From contig JBHGNT010000022.1 of assembly GCA_043228905.1 (NCBI GenBank), positions 4,898,001 to 4,962,000 of the forward strand: a stretch of DNA of 64,000 nucleotides, read 5' to 3'. Shown here in pieces: positions 37,638-51,197 of the stretch; position 1 is the stretch's first letter; each line of letters begins with the position of its first letter. Origin of the DNA: Azolla caroliniana (taxonomy: Eukaryota > Plantae > Polypodiophyta). Position numbers and translations under genes: made by a program. Under the pieces are notes generated by a model that saw only the letters and a program-made list of their open reading frames with translations, had not been told where the DNA came from and did no database searches.

Positions 37638-40600
37638 AGAGGGCTGCCAAGGCGTGGGGCCGAGACAGTCCGGGCACTCGGGAAAGACCCCACGACTGTA
37701 CGATAGGTAGGAGATTTTGCTTCTCTGACAACGGAGGATGTATGATAGCCGGCATCGTTGGCCGAGAAAAGACAAGGGCGGAAGTGCGACTTCGAGCGTG
37801 CGGAGTTCTCGGCCCGGACGAGGAAATCAGCGGGGCCGTGGAGGCGGTCTCCTTCGACGACACCTTGGGGATGCTGAGGAAGGTTGCCGGAGAAGACCTT
37901 AACGAAGACCGGACAATACCGGTATGTTCCGAAGAGATGTACGAAGTCATCGAGAATTTCAGTCGGGGGCTCGGGTCGGATTGGACGGCCCGAGTTAGCA
38001 CGAAGTACAAGACTGTGGACCGGAAGGTAAGGCCAGTCGCGGCACCCTTACCCGAGGGCAGCGAGTCCCGGATCATAAGGGTTGCGTCGGACCCCAGTTT
38101 ACGAGATCCGGCCTGCATAGGACACACCTTCACTGACGGGACGCTCCGGGAGCTCAAAATCGGTGGGGGCGGGTTCCTACTGCCGGCGGAGGAAGACCGG
38201 TTTCGGAGGATGCTCGGAAGGCACGGGAAAGCCTTCGCATTCTCACCGGAAGAGATCGGGTGCGTAGACCCGACGATCGTGGAGCCGATGGTGATATTCA
38301 CGGTACCGCATGTGCCGTGGAATCTCAAGCCGATCCCGGTACCGAGAGCTCACATCCCGAAGTTGATGGAGCTATTGAGGCAGAAAGTAGATATGGGCAT
38401 TCTCGAACCGTCGAGTGCCCCATACTCGAACCGATGGTTTACCGTACCAAAGAAAAACGGAACGATGCGCTTCATTCAAGACCTGCAGCCGGTCAACAGA
38501 GTGACCATTCGGAACGCAGGAATCGGACCGACCATAGACGAGTTCGCGGAGGCCTTCGCCGGAAGGTCGATTTACTCGGTCGGTGATCTGTACTCGGGGT
38601 ACGACCAGTTCCAGCTAGCCGTGGAGAGCAGAGACATTACGACGATGCGAACTCCCCTCGGCCTAGTGCGAATGTGTACCCTGCCACAAGGAGGGACCAA
38701 CTCGGTGGCCCACATGGTGAATGCAATGAACAAGGTACTGAGGGATTGCATCCCGGACATCACCATGCCGTTTCTAGACGACATCCCTATCAAAGGGTGC
38801 CCGGTGGAAGAGAAGGACGATGCGAACTCCCCTCGGCCTAGTGCGAATGTGTACCCTGCCACAAGGAGGGACCAACTCGGTGGCCCACATGGTGAATGCA
38901 ATGAACAAGGTACTGAGGGATTGCATCCCGGACATCACCATGCCGTTTCTAGACGACATCCCTATCAAAGGGTGCCCGGTGGAAGAGAAGGACGAGACAG
39001 TCGGGCCGGACGGATGCCGGCGATTCGTGGCGACACACATCGACGACTGCGAGAAGGTGCTACAAAGGCTAGAGGATGCGAGGCTCACCTTCTCCGGGGA
39101 GAAATCGGCCTTCGGGCAATCGGAAATCCTGGTGGTCGGACACCTATGTGGACCCTATGGTCGGAAGCCGTCTCCGGCAAAGGTAGAAGCCATCTCCGCG
39201 ATGAAGACCGATTGTAGCTCGGTGACGGAAGTTCGGAGGTTCCTGGGGGCATGCGCGTTCTACCACATATGGATCCCACATTACGCCCACGTGGCGGAGC
39301 CGCTATACGGGTTGCTGAAGAAAAGGCGAAAATTCGAGTGGCGAGACGAGCACACGGAATCGATCCGGAAGTTGAAGGAAGCTCTTGCGGCAGCACCGGC
39401 GCTCCGGAAGGCTGTCTACGAGAAAGGTACCCCAGTATACATAACAGTGGATATGAGTCCGACCGGGATCGGGTGGGTTGTCAACCAAGAAGACGAGGAC
39501 GACATTCGGTTCCCGATCCGATTCGGCGCGAAGGTTCTCAGTGAACGACAACGAGGGTACGCCCAGGTTAAACGCGAACTCTGGGGTATCGTTTCGGCAG
39601 TAAAGGCCAACAAAGACTACTTGATCGAGACAGAAGTGGTTATCGAGACGGATTGCCTGCCGATTCTCAGCATGGTTTCCGGATGCGCGACACCGGACCT
39701 GGCGATGCTCAGGTGGATAGCGTACATCAAGTCCCTGGACCCGGAAATACGACACATTTCCAGAAAAGACAACGCCATGGCCGACATGCTTTCGAGGGCG
39801 AGGTTTGATGACGAGGGCGGCATGGTTTCGGAGGACGAAGAAGTCGGCGTGGACTTCTTCGAGGCAGCATACGTAACGGCCGATGGGACGAGCACTCCGG
39901 CACTTAACGACTTCGACGAGAGCAAGTACGACGGCGAGTGGCTCCAGATCGGTGGGTTTTTGAGGACGATGACGCCGGATGCGTCATGGACGAGGGACGA
40001 GGCAAACCGGATCCGGAAGAAAGCATACCGATTCTTTCTCCGGGACGGATACTTATGGAAGCACCCGAAGAAGAGGAACGGCGTCCCGCTCCGGGTGGTA
40101 GCGATGAAGGAAGAACAGGAGGAGCTGCTGACGGCCTACCACGACAGCCCTTGGGCTGGACACCGTGGAACGTGGGCCACGTTCGAGAAGATAAAGGGGA
40201 AGTACTGGTGGCCGGGGCTGTACCGGGACGTGCATCAGTTCGTGACAACTTGCGAGAGCTGTCAGATGCACTCCATAGTCCGACATCGGGACGAGCTTCA
40301 CCCTACGTACCCTCCGACCATCCACTTCAAATGGATGGTAGATCTGGTGACGATGCCGATGGGAGTAGGACAGATGCGGTATCTGGTCCTCGCTCGGGAA
40401 GATCTGACGAACCAGGTAGAAGGTCGGGCCCTTCAGAACAAAACGACTGCGGCCGTATGTCGGTTCCTTATTGAGGACGTGATATGCCGGTACGGGTGCG
40501 TCGGGAAGATCGTGGCCGACCGCGGGGAGTTGGACGCCGAAGAGGCCGAGGAGCTGTTCGACCGGCTAGGAGTCAAGCTCTCGCTTACCACTGCGTACAA

Positions 40601-41276
40601 TCCGGAGGCGAATGGAAAGGTGGAGCACGGGCACGGACCGATCGTCAAGGCGTTAGTTCGGGCATGCGGAGGTCAAGTCGGGAACTGGCCGCGGCGGCTG
40701 CCTTACGGGTTGTGGGCGGACCGAACTACGCACAGTTCGGCAACCGGATTCATGCCTGCAAAACTCATGTTTGGGCAGAAGCCGGTCATGCCGATGGAAC
40801 GCACGATCTCCTCGTGGGCAACCGTGGACTGGAGAGACGAGATGAGCCGGGAGGAACTGTTGGCGGCGCGCATACGACAGCTCGAGCGAAGACCGGAGGA
40901 CGTGGAGCAGGCTGCGGAAAGGCTTCGGGTGGCCAGGACAAGGAACAAAGCCCGGTTTGACCGGACGCACCGGCTCCGACCGAAGAAGATCGAGGAAGGC
41001 GACTGGGTGCTAGTCTACGACAGCAGCCTCAACAACCAGCACTGAGCGACACGGAAGTTCGCAAGAAGGTGGTTCGGGCCTTACGTGGTACAAAGCGCCA
41101 ACGACAATGGGACGTACCATCTGGCGGAACTCGACGGTACGAGAATGGCGATACCGGTAGCTGGGAAGCGGATCAAAGCGTTCAAGAAGCGTCACGACGA
41201 CGAGCCGGATCCGGTTGACTTGGACTGCGACGACGAGCGATCCGAAACCGAGGAAGAATCGACGGGCGGAGAATGA
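37631..41276 (+). pseudogene. RT-RNase H-integrase region of the Gypsy element
   Basis: DLYSGYDQ, LPQGGTNS, FLDD, RNase H (VDMS, ETDC, ADMLSR), integrase HHCC and D,D-E, GPY; disrupted by a 175-bp duplication and a TGA at 41043. Confidence 0.92.
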
Positions 41277-41999
41277 AGGCTGGACTGGTTTTCTCCGTCC
41301 CAACACGATTTGGCGCATGCCGGTGTATGCGCGGTTAGGTGGGGGCGGATGTCGTGAAGAAAACCGTCCACAAGCGGAATCGGTGCACCGGAGCATAGAA
41401 ACCGACTCTTCATGCACGTGCGCCTTATGATGTACATAGGAGATCCTAGGCGGGCAGATTCGGTAGGTAGGAAGTAAAGGGGGGAAACGACTCCTTCCTT
41501 GCCTATAAAAGGAGGGAGACGAGGAGGGGAAAGGGATCGCGGAGAGTCGAGGACGAAGTGTTGTCGGTTTGCGAGCGAAGGCTTCTCTCTCTCTCTCTCT
41601 CTGGTTTGCAAACGCCATAGCTTCCTTCTGTGCAGGTTTTGGGAGGCTCGCGCTGCTCTGAGGAATGCCCGAGTGCTTCCGGCAGCACCTCCAACCTACT
41701 CCTTCCTCTCTGTGCGTTTACGAGCAGGTATCGGCATCTGTTCGCCGGCCTGTTCGGTTGTAACCGACTTCGTGTTTCGTTGTCTTCGTGTTCTTGTCGT
41801 TTGTCTTTGTTAATAGATACATACATTCGTGTCTTTCTGTGTTGCTGTCCCGCTTGCGTCTTTGCGTCGAAGGGCCGTGTCCCTGTGGATCTATGCTCGC
41901 ACGTAGAGGGTCTCTTCTCCTTCCTCTCTTGCCCTTTGGTACAGGACCCCCGAGGTTCCGCCTCATTCCACGCATCCGCGAGGAATACCTCGACAACGG

Positions 42000-42649
42000 T
42001 TTCTCTAATTGCCTCCACATGAAAGATGGTAATCCTGGAACCCAAACCGTTGATGTATACATGAGGGAGGGGGTCACTAATGAGTCAAATAGCCACCCTT
42101 TAGTCTGTGGCTCTTGAAAGTATGCTTGGTGGCATTGTCTCTCAAGTAGTCAGAGGGATGCATGTCCTCTCATAAGTCTATCCTTTGATGCCTGTGTCAT
42201 AAAATTTACTTGAGCGGGCACTAAAAGTGACTCCGAGATAGACATATGATCCAACCACCTCAACTGGGCTATGGGAGATAGTTAGGTGACACTTAGCTCT
42301 AACTTGGACCGATGTGTGGAAGATGAGGACTTTAGTTTTCCCTAGATTCACTACCAATCCTCGTTGTGCACAAAATTCATCGAAGGCATTAAGGTGCCTT
42401 TGTAGGTCGTGTTCGGGTCAGAGAGCAAAACTATGTCATCTGCATAGAGTAAGATATGAACCTACATATCCCCAAGAACTACTCCATTGCCTCCCTTACA
42501 AGCAATAAAATATGTGATCTCATCAATGTAGATCCCAAAAAGTGTCGGTGATAGGGGACAACCTTGTTTTACACCAATAGTGCTAGTGAAACAATTAGAT
42601 AGGCCACCTAGGCATCGGACACACCCGGACACCTATTCATATAGTGTGT
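42000..42649 (-). mobile_element. LINE RT core (degenerate)
   Basis: The minus strand translates to TIGVKQGCPLSPTLFGIYID and LYADD. Confidence 0.85.
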
Positions 42650-44479
42650 TGTCGTGAAGATTTTCGACAACAGTGTGAAAATCACATGGAACGAGGAAAA
42701 TCGAGAAGGTGTAATGTGCACACGTATGAAAGGAGTGATGGTTACACATGTATGTTAACCCGTCAATGTGCACATGTGATGTGTGTTTAGGTGTTCATTA
42801 CACAAATATATGAAATAAGCCTAACGCATACAATGAGGTGCAAGTAAGGGTTTGAACCTTACACCTCTAAGATAGGAGGCAATTGACATACCATTAGACT
42901 AGGTTATTTCCGTTAAACTTATTTTCTTCATTGTACTTTTCACACGAACTGTTGGTACATGAGAGCTTGGATGAGGTACATGGTCATCATGCCTCGCATG
43001 TGATGCATGAGCGCCAAATGGCAATCATGCATTACATGCATTTCACGCATTGTATGCATGTACTACACCCTCACATGCACATATGCATGGGGGCATCTAC
43101 ATAAGAAGGAGAGGAAGGGAAAGGAAATCAAGTAATGTATAGAATCAATAACAATAATAATAAATCTTAGTTATCTCGTTGGCAATGTGTCTTGTTCCTC
43201 AATTTTGAATTCAAAGGTTCAAACCGATGTCGTGAAGATTTTCGGCAATAGTGTGAAAATCCCATAAAACGTACGAAATCGAGTATGAATCACGTAATAC
43301 AATAATTGTGAAGATAACATTTTTAATATCTAAGTACAAAATGATGGAGGGTTCGAATGCACTTTATTACACGAGAAATGGACAACTAAATGTCAAGATA
43401 TGAGGGTATAAAGTTTGTGAAAAGAAAAGAGAAAATTGTGAGATATCCGACATAGGCACGACAAATACGGCTCTCATCATATATAAGGTGGAGCAAAAGA
43501 TATTATCTTTGTGTCTATGTGTCGAGCATAGAGAGTTCAAGGTAACTTGAACTAAGAGTGGAGGTGGCTAGCTACTCGTAAAGGGTTTTGGCCAACCAAA
43601 ACCGGACCGGCGATGGAGCCGGTGATCCGACGGCATCCGACCGCAATCCGGCGGCGGCATGCGGCACCGGTATCCGGCGAGGCACCGGTATCCGGCGGCG
43701 GCATCCGGCGAGGCACCGGTATCCGGCGACGGTATCCGGCGAACCGGCGTCCGGCGACTAGATAAAATAAATATATAAATATATATACATATACAAGGAG
43801 GGCAAGTATGGATTCGAGCCTTGCACCTCCAAGTTAAGAGTCAATTGGCTTACCATTAAGCCATGCTATTTAGTTGAAATTATATTTCTATCATTGTACT
43901 TTTACATGTAAATTCTCATACATGAGAGCTAAAATGAGTGACATGGTTAGCATGCACCACATGTAATACTTAAGCGCCAAATGGCAAACATGCAATTTAT
44001 GCATGTCTTGTACCCTCACATGCATCATATGCATGAGAGCATCTATAAAAGAGGGAAGGGGGAGGAGAAAAAACACGGTTTTTTTTATGAAAATTAAGAA
44101 GAAGAAATTCGTTATCAAATCAATCATGTAATCTCATCTTCTCTCTTTCCCAATCTATCTTAAGTACTTTCTCACCAAAGCTTGTATCGACTCTAAATCC
44201 TTCTGGTCCAGAACCCCGGCGGTTCCGCCTCACGATCCGCGCGTAGTGACGGATCTTCACGACACCGGGAATGGGAATTCTCGTCCGTATCTATCTATCT
44301 TTAATATTTTCTCGCTTGCGCTAGTCCTTCCGGTCCAGAACACTGACGGTTCTGCTTCATTGTCTCGAACGATCCTTTCGATCCTCCATCACCACTTGCG
44401 GATAGAGGCCGGTGCTTGTCTGCGCACGTGTAACACGCACATCTCAATGTTTGGCACATGTGTCACATGCTTCACGACA
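42650..44479 (+). mobile_element. LTR related to the 34830 Gypsy family, containing a nested solo LTR
   Basis: Starts TGTCGTGAAGA, ends CTTCACGACA; no clear TSD. Confidence 0.7.
43228..44264 (+). mobile_element. Nested solo LTR with GC-rich minisatellite (about 43603-43757)
   Basis: 11-bp terminal inverted repeat TGTCGTGAAGA/TCTTCACGACA; near-TSD CCGA/CCGG; TATAAAA at about 44045; (GGTATCCGGCGAGGCACC)-like repeats. Confidence 0.8.
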
Positions 44480-46500
44480 TCTTTGTGGTGCGGTAAATAT
44501 TTTCTCAATATCTCTCTCTCTCTCTCAATCAACCCACACAAGCATCTTCGACAACAAGAACGACCCAATTGTAAACCTAAACGACGGTTGATTCCTTACA
44601 AGCACAAGTCACCCGATTCATCCTCCTTGGTCAAAGACCTCGGTGGTCCCGTTCAACCGACCCGCAGGCACAAATTTCCGTGACATAGATTTGGTGAACC
44701 CAACGTGAAGAATGACAAGGGAGGATGGTTGGAACTTCAAGTGTTAGAAACTCTAATGATAGTCTAGCACAAGCAATGGCAAGGATGATGGACCAAATGC
44801 TTCAGGAGAGAAACTATGTCGTAGGCCTTGTCGCTGCCATCGATAGGATCGTGGATGCCAACGAATGCTTTGATGGTAGAGATGTGACACAATACCTTGA
44901 AACCTACAAAATAGAAATGCGAAAAGAGGGTATTTCTATGGCAAGACAAGTGGCAAGCTTCTCAAGGATTGTAACTTCAAGTCTTTATTCTCGGGTCCTG
45001 GAGCTACAAGAGGCCAATCCTAAATGGTCATCTTTCGAATGAAATTTACATGAAGAATATGGGTTTGGTGACTCATCTCAAATGACGAAGAAAGATTTAA
45101 TGAACTGGTTGGAGTCTTCTAACAAAGAGTTGAGTGTGAGTGCGACACTCCACGAGTTCAAGCAAAGATTTGATTGTCTGTCTGCACTTGACAAAACGAT
45201 TCTCGATTCCAGCAAGGTGCTCCTATTTAGCAAATTAGTAGATGAGAAAGATCGAAGAGATCTTGGACTACTATTAGAGAATGATGAAGGCCTCATTTCT
45301 GATTGGGCAGTAGTGAAGAGAGCATGTGGACGTTTTGATAAGCATCAACAATGGGACAACGAGACAAGATCGAATGTTGCAGCTCAAATTGGCCGGCAAG
45401 CTCACAACATGAGACAAGAACCACAAGCCCAAAGACCAAGGGATGATGAAGTGGCTCAACCCACAAATGGAGCAAGAATGGATGAACTTGTAGACATGCT
45501 TCGAGAGATGAGAATTTCTCAAATTAGAAAGGAGGAAACTCAAAGTTTTCCGGGTTGTCACCGGGACTTTTGTTAAGGATCTATGTATCGATGGAGTAAG
45601 CTCCTCGATATTATGGTGGGATTCGGACCGACATATACCCTCTTGATGGCGAATCGGGCGGAGATGGTTGTCGGATACCTCCGAGCCTCACACTCACTCA
45701 ACAATTAGTAAATGATTAAGCACGATATCTCTCTCACTCTCTCAAGCTCTCTCTCACAGACAATAGATTAATAGATATAGACAATAAGAAGCAAGAGTAT
45801 GTCTATTATTAACCCTCTTTGCTAAGAGGTCTAGCACCAACAAGGAGAGAGATTAGTGTTCTCTAACTCAACACTTCACTAATCTCTCTTAAGCTCAAAG
45901 GTTACAAGAAGGAGGAAAGGAAGCTCTAGCTCTAATCAATAGGAGATCTTTACAAATGGGAGAACCCCCACAAAGCCACTACTATGTGGTTTATTTAGCT
46001 TTCACTTTTAGGGTATGGGCCTTTCACACTCCGATGTCCTTTAGCCCTCTTTCCTCTTGTCATTCCCTCTTCGTAGGTCCTTTAACCATATTTTGTCCTT
46101 GTTGATGCGCTCTTCTTCACAACTGGTCGTGGTGTTATCCAAGGGCTTAACAACTTTCCCCGCTGGTGTATTTGGTGTGACTCCTTGGAACACCAGAGGA
46201 GAGATTGCTCAGAATTCCAAAATGCCCTCCGACAAGATATCATTTATCTCTCCAACAATCGGATTCACTGCTCGATGACACAACATCCTCTCAATACCAA
46301 CTTCTGCCAAGGAGGTATGAAGAAGTTGATGGAGGAAATGGAAGAAAACAAAGTGAATAGTGTTTATTATTCCTCATCTGCCGGAATTCGAGCTGGACAC
46401 GAGACGAGAACCCAAGAATCTCAAGTAGGAGAATTTTGGCCAATCATATTGAATCAAGTCAGAAAGGGAAGCTCTGCATGAACGAGGCACTCAAAGCAGA
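44480..46500 (+). mobile_element. Degenerate relative of the 34830 Gypsy: LTR end, tRNA-Trp PBS and gag, split by a solo LTR
   Basis: GTGACA at 44680-44685, PBS TGGTGAACCCAACGTGA 44692-44708; gag pieces align with 35519-36860 (DWAVVKRACGRFDK, GGMKKLMEE, YSSSAGIR). Confidence 0.85.
45571..46152. mobile_element. Solo LTR
   Basis: TGTTAAG...CTTAACA with perfect TSD ACTTT (45566-45570/46153-46157). Confidence 0.88.
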
Positions 46501-49500
46501 ACAAACAATCTTGGAATCAAGGATGGCGGCAACCTCGTACTCAGGTTCATCTTCAAGCTCGATCGGGGGTGGAGGTTTAATATGACCTAGGATGGTGTTG
46601 TCCTGATAGGGTTTGAGGAGAAAACTATGAAACACCGGATGTATCCGATGTTGTGGAGGTAGGTCGAGACAAAAAGCGACATCATTAATTTTTCTGATAA
46701 TATGGAAAGGACCTAATCGCCGGTAATCCAACTTCTCGCATGGGCAAGTAGTCTTGATGTGCCGTCATAGTAGCCACACCCGATCTCCAATGTCGAAACT
46801 AGATGGAAGCCGATGATGATCCGCGTAAACCTTGTGTGTTTGTTGAGCTTGCTATAGATGAGTAGATAAATCCGCTTGTATCTTACGTAGCCGCTCCAAA
46901 CAATCCTCTGCATAAGGATTTCTAGGTAACTGTAGGTTTTCAAATAAACACCATCGGGGGTGCAACCCATGTAAGCATAAAATGGTGTCACCTTTGTCGA
47001 TGAGTGGATAGAGTTATTATACGCAAATTTGGTGAAGTGGAGAATATCCTCCCAGTCATCTTGATGATAGCTTAAAAAGCACCGAAGATACTGCTCCAGC
47101 GTTTGATTTGTTCGTTCTGCTTGGCCGTCTGTTTGCGGGTGGTAGCCGGAGGAGAGGTTACAAGTGACCTTAATCATTTTAAAGAGGTGCTTCCAAAACT
47201 TCGAGACGAATTGGGGTCCACAGTCGCTGATGATACTATCAGGAAGGCCATGATGCCGACATACTTCACGCATGACAATTTCGACGGTTTCTTCACTAGA
47301 GATTTCCTTAGTACATGGCAGGAAATGGGCCATCTTCGTATATCGATCTACTAATGTTAAGATCGCATCGAATCCCTTAGAGACCGGAAGATCTGTGATG
47401 AAATCTAGGGCAATGGATTTCCATGGCCTGCTTGGAATTGGTAATGGTTCTAATAAACCATATGGATGATGCCTTGGCATTTTTTCTTTGCAACATGTAT
47501 CACAAGTCCGAACAAAATCTTTGACAAATTGTCGCATATGGGGCCACCAAAAGGATCGTTGTACTAAATCTAGTGTTTTAGTACTACCAAAATGCCCAGT
47601 TGTATATGTGTCATGACAGTTTTAGACTACTTGAAGGTGACAAGTACCATTAGGAACATACAAGAGTTTCTTAAAGAATAGTAATCCATCATGACATTCG
47701 AATTGTCGATAGTCCGTACCTGGTTGTTGAGACTGTGAACAAGATGCTCGAGAGGGATCAATTTGTGTTAGAATGTCTTGAGCGAAAACATTTGTCTTCA
47801 AGTTCTCACGTATGGTATCAATAACGTGGGAATCCAAGGGCATACCGAAGACCTGCGTTGCTTGCAGCCGAGTCGGTCCCAAGATTACTTGCTTTTGGTT
47901 ATCGAAAGCCGGCTCGCCGGGACGCGGTGTTAGGTACGAACGCCGTGATAATGCATCTGCCTTCCCTTGTTGCTTCCCCCGACGATATGTAATTTTGAAG
48001 TCAAAACAAGTGAGGAATTGGGCCCACTGAGCTTGACGTCGGTTTAACACACGAGTATTCTGAATGTAGGCCAGGTTTTTGTGATCACTGAATATGATGA
48101 CTTGATGAGAAGACCCCCATAGAAAATGCCTCCATTGCGTAAAAGAGTCCACTATTGTTAATAGCTCCTTATCATGAATTTCATAGATAATTTCCACGGC
48201 ATCAAACTTGCGTGAATGGAAAGCCACAGGATGTAGCTTTTCATCATCGCCTTGTTGAGACAAAATGATACCCAAGGCGAAATCTAACGCGTTTGCTTCA
48301 ATGATGAATAGTTTTTCTGGATCAACATGAGCTAAAATAGGAGCTGATGTAAATGCCTTTTTAAGACTCTCAAAAGCAATGTCCGCTTCTTTAGACCAAA
48401 CGAACGATTTTCCCTTCCTGGTAAGTTGTGTGAGAGGCAGAACAAGCTTTGAGTAATCCTGTATGAACTTGTGGTAAAAATTGGCAAAGCCTAAAAAGCA
48501 TTGCACATCTCGCAATGAACACGGAGTCTGCCACTCTACCACCGTTTTGACCTTAGCTGGATTCATGGCGATGCCTTCCGAGGAAATGACATAGCCCAAA
48601 AAATCCAGTTTTTCCAGTTTTGCAGTTTTGCATAAAGATCATGTTCTCGAAGTCGTCTTAGTATTAACAGTACATGAGAATCATGCTCTTCTTCGGTCTT
48701 TGAATAAACCAGTAGATCATCCAAATAGATGATCAAAAAATCATCCAAGAGATCTCGGAATATATCATTTGCCATGTGTTGGAAGACTGTTGGCACATTA
48801 GTGAGGCCGAATGGCATGATCGTATACTCGACGTGCCCATATCCGGTGGGAAACGCAGTCTTCCATTCATCTCCTAGTCGGATCCATACGAGGTTATACG
48901 CTCCTCGTAAGTCGATCTTTGTGAAGAACCTTGCACCATTGATCCGTTCTAAAAGACTTGAGATAAGAGGAAGTGCATACCTATTCCTGATGGTGGCTTT
49001 ATTCAACCCATGGTATCTACGACGACACGAAGTGATCCATCATTTTTTTTTACGAAGAAAATGGGTGCGCTAGCTGGAGATTTCGAATGTCGAATGAAAC
49101 CGTTTGCCAAATTCTCCTCTATATAGGCTCGAAGGACTTCTAGCTCAGTTGGTGACAAATTGTAGATCGGTCCCCATGGTGGATCTTTTCCCAGTTGTAA
49201 ATCGATGGGGCAATCATACGGTCGATGGTGAGGAAGTGTATTAGCTCATACTTTATTGAACACATCGGCATAATGACGATACTTCTCTAGAAGTTGAACG
49301 GTGGACTCCTCTTTATTGATCCTGGTTACTGATATTGCGAAGAGAAACATTTCGTCCTTCCTCACGCAACTGATGTAGTGAAATGGTTGCAATCTTATGA
49401 GTAGATCCTCGGGTTTGTCGACACCATATTTCTCTTGTTCTCCAATCTATGGCTGGGTTATGTAATTCAAACCATGGTAATCCCAAAACAATGGGATGTT

Positions 49501-51160
49501 CTGGGATACTAATTATATTAAATGATACTACACACGCTAAGTTATCTAAGACAATATTAATAGGTACTGACTCTTCTATAATATTCCTGGAAGCAATGGG
49601 ACGACCATCAATGACTATTACAGAGGTTGGACATGGGAGTTTCTTCAGGGATATCTGATGAGCTTGGGCAAAATGCCTATCCATGAAGCAAGAGTTGGCT
49701 CCGGAATCTAAGAGTGCTAAGACATGTACTGGAGGAGTACTTTTAGTACTAACCATTACTTGAGCTAAGAACACATTGCTAACTTGCTTAGAGGAAATGG
49801 AACCACTAATGGGTTGCACAGATCTAGGGTTGTCCAACCAAACGGCTCCTATTTGGGCTGGACTTAATCGTTTAACTCTTCTTCTAGTTGACTAAGGATT
49901 TCAAATTTGTTTGAAAGGCCTGGGCTATTAGGACTATCAAACACACCTAGAGGAATAGACTCGAGTTTAGTACTATTAGTACTAGAGGTTATTTGATTTA
50001 CTTGCCTTTTCGGCTAATGGGGGCAGTTCATTGCAATATGCCCCGATCCACCGCAATAAAGAGATAATCGATTTGCCCTGCGTCGCTGCTTTTCTTCTTC
50101 CGATAGTGGTCCGCGGCGATGTGTGGTGTCGATTTCCATTGGAGTTGGAGTATTTGTTGGAGACGTATTGAATGACTCCCTTGGGAAAGGCTTTGCTACG
50201 AAGCGTAGGTGGGCTCCGATCTTGGCCGTGGCATTTGGAACTAACGTTCCGAACGTCGTTCGAAGAGGCGATTATCACATCACACCGCACCGCACGACTA
50301 ATTGCTTTTGTCAATGACTTTGGCTCCTCGGGGAAAGTTAAGAGTAAATCTTTAACATCATTACATAGACCAAAACGAAATTGCTCCATTAGTGCCTGGT
50401 CATCCCAGGGAATATCGGTGGCGAGAAGACGGAAATTCGCAGCATAAGTCGAGGCCAACCGCTCACCTTGGTGCAATCTTCGGATTTTGTTGATTGTTGT
50501 TCTAACAAGGGAGAGCTTTTTTCTAACAGGGGGCCGAACCATGCCAAAGTCATGCCACTAAGTAGAGTGCCTACTAGTCCCACTCGTGATGCATAGGTGG
50601 GATATCACGAAGGATGCATTTGAATGACTAATCGTACTTGATTAAGGAATCCTCTAAACTGTGATCGTGTTCCATTGAATTTCATGGGAAGGCTGATCTT
50701 GGGTTCTTTATGAATCCCTTCCGTACTGGGTCCTTGTTGTTGCATCGCTACTAAGGTTGCTTCAAGTTGTTGCACGCGTACCACTAGTTCCCCATGTTGT
50801 TGTTGTGTCTGTTGCTTTTCTAAGGAGATTTGTTGAAGATCCCCCAACAACCATTGATTTTCTTGTTCCAAAGCAAGGAACTTCTCTTTCAAGCATTGTA
50901 GCTTTGAGAAAACGGATTGATATTCTTGAGCGCTAACAATGGCCATACTATGAGAGAAAAGAGGAATAAGAGATTAGTATGAAGGGAGGGAGAAGTAAGA
51001 AGATAAAGGAAGAGAAGGAAGGAGAGACCCAAATCGGTTCAAACTGTCAGGAGCAGTACTAAGACATAGAAGTATTGTCATGAACAGTACTAAAACAGAT
51101 AAGGGATTAGTACTAAAAGATGAGGATTAGTACTAAGGGAGGTGTAGAACTCTCGAGAGA

Positions 51161-51197
<37 letters not shown>

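Larger units (their letters stand above)
34830..41995 (+). mobile_element. Young full-length non-chromovirus Ty3/Gypsy element (Phygy/Selgy/Ylt1-like)
   Basis: 646-bp LTRs 34830-35475 and 41350-41995 (about 7 substitutions by eye); 4-bp TSD ACGG; tRNA-Trp PBS TGGTGAACCCGACGTGA at 35479; PR-RT-RH-IN order. Confidence 0.96.

Noticed and set aside
43808-43866. Functional tRNA genes at the A/B-box modules
   Set aside because: Acceptor and anticodon stems do not pair well; only the promoter boxes are retained
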